Positions 8,360-15,608 of a stretch of DNA of 56,780 nt are shown one piece after another. Positions within the stretch are counted from its first letter, which is position 1. Every line of letters starts with the position of its first letter. The notes beneath the pieces were generated by a model that saw only the letters and a list, made by a program, of their open reading frames with translations, did not search any database and was not told the DNA's origin. Source of the DNA: an uncultured Desulfovibrionaceae bacterium (GTDB taxonomy: Bacteria > Desulfobacterota > Desulfovibrionia > Desulfovibrionales > Desulfovibrionaceae); the NCBI GenBank assembly GCA_964369505.1, contig CAYJGS010000001.1:1605-58384 (forward strand). Direction: 5' to 3'. Made by a program: the position numbers and the translations under genes.

Positions 8360-8391
8360 AGCTAAACGCAAATGACAGCTAAACGCAAATG
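8360..8391. promoter_or_regulatory. Tandem 15-bp direct repeat agctaaacgcaaatg x2 (17-bp period) in the divergent promoter region
   Basis: Exact copies lie at 8360-8374 and 8377-8391. This is 126-157 bp upstream of the precursor start codon (minus strand) and about 140 bp upstream of the wbpE-like start (plus strand). Confidence 0.45.
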
Positions 8392-8529
8392 CAGCACATT
8401 ATAAGCCTAGACAATTCTATAAAATGGGTCTATGATACTAATTTCTATGAAGGTATAATCATGCATAGCAATCTTGAATATATACCATGTTATTGTGATT
8501 TTGTATGAAATTAGTGAAAAGGACGCACC

Positions 8530-9717
8530 ATGGAATTTATCGATTTAAAAACACAACAAGCGCGCATAAAAGAAAGCATAGACAAACGCATAGCAACTGT
8601 TTTGCAACATGGTCAATACATCATGGGGCCTGAAGTAAAAGAGCTCGAAGGGCAACTAGCCGCCTTTGTGGGTGCTAAGCATTGCATAGGCTGTGCTTCG
8701 GGAACCAATGCCTTAGAACTTGTGCTTGGTGCGTGGAATATAGGGGCAGGCGATGCTGTCTTTACCACGCCTTTTTCTTTTATTGCCACAGCAGAAGTTA
8801 TTGCAAAAACAGGCGCTGTGCCCATATTTGTGGATGTAGATCCCCACACATGGAATATAGACAGCTCAAAGCTCGAAAGCGCCATTATGGCTGTGCAAAG
8901 TAACGCTATTACTGATTATCCTTTACCGGCCATATGTAAAAATAAAGCCTTACATGCCAAAGCTATTATTGCCGTGGATCTTTTTGGTAATCCTGCAGAT
9001 TATGAAAATATTTTGCGCATTGCCCAAAAATATAATCTTTCTGTGCTTGAAGATGGTGCGCAAGGTTTTGGGGCTGAATATAAAAACGAAAAATTGTGCA
9101 ACTGCGGTTGCCATGCCGCTACAACCAGTTTTTTTCCTGCAAAGCCTCTTGGTTGTTATGGTGATGGTGGGGCTGTGTTTACCAATGATGCGGCTTTGGC
9201 GCATACGGTGGATTCATTGCGCTATCATGGTCGTATAGATGCGCAAAATAAAAATGAAAATATACGCCTTGGGTATAATGGGCGCTTAGACACCATGCAA
9301 GCGGCTATTTTATTGGCAAAAATGGAAATTTTTGCAGAAGAAGTAAGTTTACGCCATAAAATCGGCGCGTATTATAGTGATTTTTTCCAAAAAAATCCAC
9401 AATATGGCATAAGTACACAAAAAGTGACACCGCAAGGGCAATGCACTTGGGCTCAATATACCGTATGCTTGCCAGAGCATGTGGACAGAGCTTCTTTGAT
9501 GCAAAAACTCAAAAAGGAAAACATACCCACAGCCATTAACTATCCTTTGAGCATGCATGTGCAAAAATGCTTTGCGTATTTGGGTTATGGTGCGGAAGAT
9601 TTTCCTGTGGTGCAAGAATTGAGCAAGCGTGTGCTTTCTTTGCCCATGCACCCTTATTTAACTGAATCCATGCAGCAGCATGTACTTGAAAAACTTATAG
9701 CTTATTGTGGGAACTGA
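8530..9717 (+). CDS. wbpE: DegT/DnrJ/EryC1-family PLP aminotransferase, WbpE/WlbC-like (UDP-2-acetamido-2-deoxy-3-oxo-glucuronate aminotransferase)
   Basis: The ORF is 395 aa. The N-terminus MEFIDLKTQQARIKESIDKRI..LQHGQYIMGPEVKELE closely follows the WbpE N-terminus as I remember it. The motifs SFFPAKPLGCYGDGGA (Lys for PLP) and LSLPMHPYL are present. Confidence 0.85.
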   Translation: MEFIDLKTQQARIKESIDKRIATVLQHGQYIMGPEVKELEGQLAAFVGAKHCIGCASGTNALELVLGAWNIGAGDAVFTTPFSFIATAEVIAKTGAVPIFVDVDPHTWNIDSSKLESAIMAVQSNAITDYPLPAICKNKALHAKAIIAVDLFGNPADYENILRIAQKYNLSVLEDGAQGFGAEYKNEKLCNCGCHAATTSFFPAKPLGCYGDGGAVFTNDAALAHTVDSLRYHGRIDAQNKNENIRLGYNGRLDTMQAAILLAKMEIFAEEVSLRHKIGAYYSDFFQKNPQYGISTQKVTPQGQCTWAQYTVCLPEHVDRASLMQKLKKENIPTAINYPLSMHVQKCFAYLGYGAEDFPVVQELSKRVLSLPMHPYLTESMQQHVLEKLIAYCGN

Positions 9718-9718
9718 T

Positions 9719-10783
9719 ATGTTACATGTAGCTCTTGTAGGGTGCGGTCGCGTTTCTAAGCGGCATTGCGAACTTTTAGGCGGTGGAAAAATTAAAGGCG
9801 CTGCCCTTGCTTGTGTGTGTGATATAAAAGAAGAAAGAGCCAAGCAAGCCGGCGAACAATGGAATGTTCCTTATTTTACCGATATGCACGAAATGATGCG
9901 CGCCATGGGAGATAAAATCCAAGCTATAAGCATACTTACCGAAAGCGGTAATCACGCAGCACATACGGTGGCGCTTGCTCCATATAAAAAACATATCATT
10001 GTAGAAAAACCCATGGCCTTAACCTTGGCCGATGCCGATGCCATGATACGCGCTTGCGATGCTGCAGGGGTACGGCTTTTTGTGATAAAACAAAACAGAT
10101 TCAATGTGCCTGTGCAAAAAGTGCGTGAGGCCTTAGAGGCTGGGCGCTTTGGCAAATTGGTCATGGGCACTGTTCGGGTGCGCTGGTGCCGCAGGCAACA
10201 ATATTATGACCAAGATGCATGGCGCGGCACTTGGGCCATGGACGGCGGCGTTTTGACCAATCAGGCCAGCCATCATGTGGATCTTTTGGAATGGATGCTC
10301 GGTGATGTGGAAAGTGTTTTTGCCAAAAGCGCCACCATGCTTGTGGACATTGAAGCCGAAGATACAGCCGTTGTGCTTTTAAAATTCCGCAACGGCGCCC
10401 TTGGCATTATCGAAGCAACCACCGCCATGCGGCCGAAAGATACAGAAGGCTCTTTATCCATTTTGGGCGAAAAAGGCAGCATAGTTATTGGCGGTTTTGC
10501 GGTGAACAAAATGGAGACATGGCAATTTGAAGAGCCTTTACCCGAAGACGAAACCATTATGGAAAAATTCTCTGTAAACCCACCTGATGTTTATGGTTTT
10601 GGCCATAAAACCTATTATGACCATGTGGTGAATTGCTTAGAACAAGGGACACATCAATTGGTGGATGGGCTTGAAGGCAGACGTAGCCTTGAACTCATTC
10701 TTGCCATTTATGAATCCATAGAAACAGGCCAAGAAGTAAAGCTGCACTTTGTGCCAGAGCGTTGCCGTTTGGGCCATAAATAA
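9719..10783 (+). CDS. wbpB: Gfo/Idh/MocA oxidoreductase, WbpB/WlbA-like (UDP-GlcNAcA 3-dehydrogenase)
   Basis: The N-terminal Rossmann motif is VALVGCGRVSKRH. An EKP motif and a FVIKQNRFN segment are shared with the paralog at 21178-22230. The ATG at 9719 follows the wbpE stop. The ORF track gives an alternative GTG at 9707. Confidence 0.8.
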   Translation: MLHVALVGCGRVSKRHCELLGGGKIKGAALACVCDIKEERAKQAGEQWNVPYFTDMHEMMRAMGDKIQAISILTESGNHAAHTVALAPYKKHIIVEKPMALTLADADAMIRACDAAGVRLFVIKQNRFNVPVQKVREALEAGRFGKLVMGTVRVRWCRRQQYYDQDAWRGTWAMDGGVLTNQASHHVDLLEWMLGDVESVFAKSATMLVDIEAEDTAVVLLKFRNGALGIIEATTAMRPKDTEGSLSILGEKGSIVIGGFAVNKMETWQFEEPLPEDETIMEKFSVNPPDVYGFGHKTYYDHVVNCLEQGTHQLVDGLEGRRSLELILAIYESIETGQEVKLHFVPERCRLGHK

Positions 10784-10802
10784 TACTTGGCAGAGCGTAA
10801 TT

Positions 10803-11381
10803 ATGAGTGAAACTACAGAATATTTTGTTCATGAATCTTCCTACATAGATGAACATGTTAGCATTGGAAAGGGCACGCGCATATGGCATTTTTCGCATAT
10901 TTTGTCTAATACTGCCATAGGTGAACGTTGCGTCATAGGGCAAAATGTCACGGCGGGTCCGCATGTAACCATTGGTAATGGTTGTAAAATTCAAAATAAT
11001 GTCAGTGTGTTTAAAGGGGTTACTTTAGAAGATGATGTCTTTTGTGGCCCAAGCATGGTTTTTACCAATGTATTTAATCCCCGTGCGAATATTGCTCGCA
11101 TGGACGAAGCCCGCCCCACCTTGGTGCGCAAAGGAGCTACCTTAGGAGCCAACTGCACCATTGTTTGCGGTGTTACCATTGGCGAATATGCTTTTGTGGG
11201 TGCGGGATCGGTGGTAACAAAAGATGTACCTGCTCATGCACTTGTATACGGAAATCCGGCAAAAATGCACGGATATGCTTGTAAGTGTGGTGAAAAAATA
11301 GAAAATATGTCTTGTATTGCTTGTGGCTTGCAATACAATATCACAGCAGATGGTGTGTGTAGTGTAGCAACAAGCGCTTGA
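10803..11381 (+). CDS. wbpD: Left-handed beta-helix N-acetyltransferase, WbpD/WlbB-like (UDP-2-acetamido-3-amino-2,3-dideoxy-glucuronate N-acetyltransferase)
   Basis: The protein is 192 aa from the internal ATG (MSETTEYFVHESSYID). Hexapeptide repeats are present. The block IQNNVSVFKGVTLEDDVFCGPSMVFTNVFNPRA...TLGANCTIVCGVTIGEYAFVGAGSVV is typical of WlbB/WbpD. Confidence 0.85.
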   Translation: MSETTEYFVHESSYIDEHVSIGKGTRIWHFSHILSNTAIGERCVIGQNVTAGPHVTIGNGCKIQNNVSVFKGVTLEDDVFCGPSMVFTNVFNPRANIARMDEARPTLVRKGATLGANCTIVCGVTIGEYAFVGAGSVVTKDVPAHALVYGNPAKMHGYACKCGEKIENMSCIACGLQYNITADGVCSVATSA

Positions 11382-11405
11382 AAAAGACAATATAAGGAAA
11401 AAAGA

Positions 11406-12104
11406 ATGCAAAAGATTGGCATTATAACATATCAATATCCGCACTTAAAGGCTGAGCAAATGATTTTAGCTTTGCTTGAAGAAAAAGATTTGCAACTTAA
11501 AATCTATGCAGCTCCTTATAAGCAAAGAACAGAGCGTAAAGTTCGCTTAATGCATAGACCTCCGCATCAATACGCTGCAACTCCTGAGGAAATGGCTTCT
11601 AAATTTTCTTTATCATATAAGGCTTGTGACAGCTATTTAGATATTGACGATGCGTGCGATGTGTATCTTATTGCAGGAGCAGGCATTATCCCTGCGCAAA
11701 GCATAACAGGCAGGCGTATTGTCAATGCACATCCCGGCATTATTCCTTATTCTCGCGGCCTTGATAGCTTTAAATGGGCAATTTATAATATGATTCCTGT
11801 GGGCAATACCTTGCACTATATTTCAGAAGAAGTGGATATGGGCGAAACCATTGCCATCAGAGAAACTCCTGTATTTATGTCCGATACTTTAGAGGTTTTG
11901 GCCAGACGCCATTTTGAGTCAGAAGTATATTTGATATCCAACGCTTTGTCGTATATACGTAAGGGCTCGCCTGTAATTTCTCCGTATATGCAAGATTATA
12001 TGCATAAAAATCCGCAAATTAACGAGCCTACGCGGCGTATGTCCCTTGAAATGGAAGACGAACTGTATATAAAATTTGAACAATATAAAAAGCTGTTTGC
12101 GTAA
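11406..12104 (+). CDS. Formyltransferase-fold protein (possible sugar N-formyl/acyl transferase)
   Basis: The ORF is 232 aa with an AAGGAAA RBS. The motif IVNAHPGIIPYSRGLDSFKWAI...HYISEEVDMGETIA resembles the N-terminal formyl-transferase domain (NxHpslLPxxRG ... D.G.I). Confidence 0.6.
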   Translation: MQKIGIITYQYPHLKAEQMILALLEEKDLQLKIYAAPYKQRTERKVRLMHRPPHQYAATPEEMASKFSLSYKACDSYLDIDDACDVYLIAGAGIIPAQSITGRRIVNAHPGIIPYSRGLDSFKWAIYNMIPVGNTLHYISEEVDMGETIAIRETPVFMSDTLEVLARRHFESEVYLISNALSYIRKGSPVISPYMQDYMHKNPQINEPTRRMSLEMEDELYIKFEQYKKLFA

Positions 12105-12128
12105 AAAATCGTGATGTAATATACGCAC

Positions 12129-13229
12129 ATGAATATTGTATTATTAAGTAACCATTGGTTTTGTTCGCCGCGCAAAGCCGGATTTCACCACCTTGCCCAT
12201 GCTTGGCATGCAGAAGGGCACAAGATTACTTTTGCAACCATAGGGCTTTCTTTTATTTCTTATTTAAGGCGTGATTATCGCACAAAATATAAGGGGCTGT
12301 GGCAAGCTTGCAATGTCATGCAAAAGGTGCAAGAAAATCTTTTTTCGTATGTGCATTTTACGCCTTGGCATCCGCACACCACTTTGCTTGCGCCTGCAGA
12401 TAATTTGCTGGCACCTTATCTTGAAAAATATGCCAACTTTCCCTTAGGTGCGTTAGAAGCGCATATTAAAGAAGCAGATATTGTTGTATATGAAAGCAGT
12501 GTTGCAATTTTTTTGCTCAAACTCTGCAAAAAATTAACCCCCACCGCCAAACATATTTATCGTGTTTCCGACGATATCTCAGTTTTGCGCTCCACACCAC
12601 AAAAAATGCAGGATTTGGAACTAGAAATAGCTCCACTTTTTGATGTGATTTCAGCGCCTTGTTCGTATATCAAAGAAAAATTCCCCACCCCCAATGCTTT
12701 TGTGCACAGGCATGGAATTTCTACAGCTTCTTTTGATGCTGTACAAGAATCCCCCTATGCTTTGGGCACTAAAAATGCTGTTTTTGTGGGGGTGTTTAAT
12801 TTTGATGCTGAAAGTGTTTGGCTTATGGCCAAACATAACCCCGAAGTGCATTTTCACATTATAGGTAATGTGCCTGTAAAAGCAGGTCTTGATAATGTGT
12901 TTACGTATGGTGAAATGCCTTTTATAAAAACACTTCCTTATATAAAATTTGCCGATATTGGTTTACAATCTCGAAAATTTGGCCCTGCGGCACAATCATT
13001 TTCAGATTCCCTTAAAGTTATTCAGTTCCGTTATTGTGCTTTGCCCATAATCTCGCCGGAATTTTTAGATTTGCAACGTGATGGTGTGTTTTATTATACA
13101 CCTTGCGACGCGCAGTCTTGCGCTAAAGTCATACAAGATGCTTTGCAAAGCGGCAAAGATGCACAGCGCGCCAAAGAAGTACAAAATTGGACTATGGTGG
13201 CGCAAACAATACTTAATAGTTGCCTGTAA
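12129..13229 (+). CDS. GumK-like (GT70) glycosyltransferase, putative glucuronosyltransferase
   Basis: The ORF is 366 aa. The blocks IVLLSNHWFCSPRKAGFHHLA, ADIVVYESSVAIFLL..AKHIYRVSDD and EVHFHIIGN..DNVFTYGEM line up with my recollection of Xanthomonas GumK. No search was run. Confidence 0.55.
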   Translation: MNIVLLSNHWFCSPRKAGFHHLAHAWHAEGHKITFATIGLSFISYLRRDYRTKYKGLWQACNVMQKVQENLFSYVHFTPWHPHTTLLAPADNLLAPYLEKYANFPLGALEAHIKEADIVVYESSVAIFLLKLCKKLTPTAKHIYRVSDDISVLRSTPQKMQDLELEIAPLFDVISAPCSYIKEKFPTPNAFVHRHGISTASFDAVQESPYALGTKNAVFVGVFNFDAESVWLMAKHNPEVHFHIIGNVPVKAGLDNVFTYGEMPFIKTLPYIKFADIGLQSRKFGPAAQSFSDSLKVIQFRYCALPIISPEFLDLQRDGVFYYTPCDAQSCAKVIQDALQSGKDAQRAKEVQNWTMVAQTILNSCL

Positions 13230-13248
13230 TTTATATACTTTAATTACC

Positions 13249-14361
13249 ATGCTTTCAAAGAAACATCGTATACGCGTTTTGCACATAAGTGCATCTTCTG
13301 CCATAGGCGGCGGGCCTGAGCATGTATGGCAATTGGTTAAGCATTTGCCGCATCCCATAGCGTCTTATATTGCAGCGCCTGATTCTAAGCCCTATGCTTC
13401 ACGCTTTGCTGCAGCTGTGGGGCAAGAACGCATGGTTATTATACAACAACGCCGTTTTAGCCTTGCAGCTTTTTGGCGTGTTTTTCGTTTTATCCAAAAA
13501 CATCAAATCCAGATAATACATTCCCATGGTAAGGGAGCCGGCATATATGGGCGTTTATTAGCTTTAATTACACATGCCCAGAGCGTACATACTTTTCACG
13601 GCGTGCATTTACCGCAAAAAAAAATCCCGCAAAAGCTGTATATTTTTTTGGAGCGCGTGCTCTGCCGCATAAGTAAAGTGTGCATAAATGTTTCCAAGGG
13701 GGAACAAGAGCTTACGCAAAAATTACAATGGTTTTCCAAGCAGGCAACGGTTATATATAATGGGGTGCAAGTGCCGGAAACTATGCCGCAAAGGCCTATG
13801 CCAAAGCCATTTACTATCTTGCACATAAGCCGCTTTGACCAAAAACCAAAAAATTCTCTCTTTGTATTACCCATAGCTCACGCTTTGCAAGAAAAGCATA
13901 TGCTGTCTGCGTGCACTTTTGTGCTCATTGGCGATGGGGAACAAAGGCTAGAGCTTGAACAAGCTGTACATACTACAGGCTTTGACCATATCTTTCAATT
14001 TTTGGGGCAACAAGATTGTGTGCAGCCCTTTTTTGCCAATGCAGGCTGCCTTTTATCCACATCGCATTATGAGGGCATGCCCTTGGCCGTTCTTGAAGCC
14101 AAAGCCCATGGCGTACCGGCGGTGGTGAGTGATGTGATGGGCAATAGAGATGCCATAGAGCATGCATGCACAGGCTTATTATATACACCGGGCAAGGCCG
14201 CATGCGCGGCAGATGCCATTATACACCTTATGACACACGAAAAAGAATGGCATAGCATGTGTGCACAGGCGCATGCACAGGCCAAAAAGCATTTTACCAT
14301 ACAAAATATGGCTCTTGCCACAGCAAAAGTCTATGAAAATACCGTTGAGGCCAAAATATGA
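13249..14361 (+). CDS. GT-B glycosyltransferase (GT4/glycosyl transferases group 1)
   Basis: The protein is 370 aa from the internal ATG (MLSKKHRIRVLHISASSAIGGGPEHV). The C-terminal motif is STSHYEGMPLAVLEAKAHGVPAVVSDVMGNRD (E-x7-E type). The upstream ORF-track extension overlaps the previous gene. Confidence 0.8.
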   Translation: MLSKKHRIRVLHISASSAIGGGPEHVWQLVKHLPHPIASYIAAPDSKPYASRFAAAVGQERMVIIQQRRFSLAAFWRVFRFIQKHQIQIIHSHGKGAGIYGRLLALITHAQSVHTFHGVHLPQKKIPQKLYIFLERVLCRISKVCINVSKGEQELTQKLQWFSKQATVIYNGVQVPETMPQRPMPKPFTILHISRFDQKPKNSLFVLPIAHALQEKHMLSACTFVLIGDGEQRLELEQAVHTTGFDHIFQFLGQQDCVQPFFANAGCLLSTSHYEGMPLAVLEAKAHGVPAVVSDVMGNRDAIEHACTGLLYTPGKAACAADAIIHLMTHEKEWHSMCAQAHAQAKKHFTIQNMALATAKVYENTVEAKI

Positions 14362-15443
14362 AAATAGCCTACTATGCCTCACTCGGTAATGCACAATTTC
14401 AAGGTGTTGCGCATAAATTGGCTAGGCAAATAACTGTATGGAATGCCATGCCCCATGTGCAAGCCAAACTTTTTTGCCGCAGTGTTAACACTGCATGGTC
14501 TTTACCGGAAAAAGTATATCCTTTCAAGGGTATGCCTGTTTTATGTTATGACGCAAAACTCTTACAAGATATGCAAGCTTTTGCGCCGGATGTGGTCTAT
14601 GTGCGCGATGAACTTTGCGGCCCCATGCTTTTTGCTATTCTACGCGCTTTTCCGCAAAAAGTAGTACTTGAGGTGAATGCAGATATATTGCAAGAGTTGC
14701 AATTAGAAGGGCAAAAATCTTTTAAACGAAAGCTGGCATGGTATTATGCCATATTTACCTATGGTTTTGTAAAAAAACGCATACGCGCTTGCGCATTGGT
14801 TTCAGGGGAGTATGTGCCATTATTTCCTCTGCTTGAACCATCGTGCAAAAAAGTTTTTCCTAACAGCATAGATGTGCAAAATATACCCATTTGTAAAAAA
14901 AATAGAGAAAGCGCGCCCTCTCGCCCAGCGCTTATTTTTGTGGGAACCCCAGGTCAGGTTTGGCATGGTGTAGATCTGATGTATCCTTTAGCCAAGGCTT
15001 TACCTGATTTTGATTTTCATATTGTAGGGCCTTATGCAGAAAAAAATGCTCCGCCAAATATGATTTTTCATGGCTATGTGACAGGAAAAGACTTGTTAAA
15101 GCTGTATGCGCAATGCCATGTGGGTGTGGGAGCATTGGCTTTATTTCGCAAAAACCTTTATGCAAACAGCACATTAAAGGTGTGTGAATATATAGCGCAT
15201 GGTTTACCGGTAATTACCGGCTATACCGAAATGATTTTTAAAGAACATGCTCCCTCTTGGGCTTTAGAACTAAAAGGCGAAGAAGGTATGTTTACTAAGG
15301 CTCAAAATATTTTTAAAGTGCAAGAATTTGTTTTGCAAAATGCAAGGCGCGTTGTTTCCCACGCAGAAAGCGCGCCCTATATTGACGCGCATATGTGGGA
15401 AGCAAAAAAAATACTTTGGCTACAAAGTATTTTAGAGTGCTGA
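14358..15443 (+). CDS. GT-B glycosyltransferase-like protein
   Basis: The ORF is 361 aa and overlaps the previous gene by ATGA. It contains FVGTPGQVWHGVDL...FHIVGP...FHGYV...STLKVCEYIAHGLPVITG. The last codons and the TGA stop lie inside repeat copy A. Confidence 0.7.
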   Translation: MKIAYYASLGNAQFQGVAHKLARQITVWNAMPHVQAKLFCRSVNTAWSLPEKVYPFKGMPVLCYDAKLLQDMQAFAPDVVYVRDELCGPMLFAILRAFPQKVVLEVNADILQELQLEGQKSFKRKLAWYYAIFTYGFVKKRIRACALVSGEYVPLFPLLEPSCKKVFPNSIDVQNIPICKKNRESAPSRPALIFVGTPGQVWHGVDLMYPLAKALPDFDFHIVGPYAEKNAPPNMIFHGYVTGKDLLKLYAQCHVGVGALALFRKNLYANSTLKVCEYIAHGLPVITGYTEMIFKEHAPSWALELKGEEGMFTKAQNIFKVQEFVLQNARRVVSHAESAPYIDAHMWEAKKILWLQSILEC

Positions 15444-15584
15444 CAAAGTCAGCACGACCGATAAATCAAGAGTAGGCGCAATTTATTTGCGCCGTTAAGC
15501 GATTGATTTTCGTGCCTTTCCACCAAGACAGTTTTACTGTCTTAGGTGGCGCAAACGCCCGTAAGGGGGGTTGTCATCAAACTG
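15434..15584 (-). repeat. Multi-hairpin intergenic repeat element, copy A (subtype 1, inverted orientation)
   Basis: The reverse complement is near-identical to copy C (43743-43894). This includes ccac.taagacagtaaaactgtcttggtgg, ggaaaggcacgaaaatcaatcgcttaacggcgcaaataaattgcgcc and gtgctgac...gtcagcac. Confidence 0.85.
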
Positions 15585-15608
15585 GATACTTTGGTTACAA
15601 ACTATTTT

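Noticed and set aside
200-8520. Integrative mobile element, prophage or transposon carrying the peptide locus
   Set aside because: No integrase, transposase, recombinase or phage gene was seen, and no flanking direct repeats of the island ends. Horizontal origin is suggested only by composition.
13078-13248. Upstream extensions of ORF-track models (13078, 10749, 43110, 46051 and 55649 starts)
   Set aside because: The extensions overlap the preceding gene or lack an RBS. Internal ATGs (13249, 10803, 43203, 46078 and 55736) give N-termini typical of the families. For 46078 and 55736 they also have good Shine-Dalgarno sequences.
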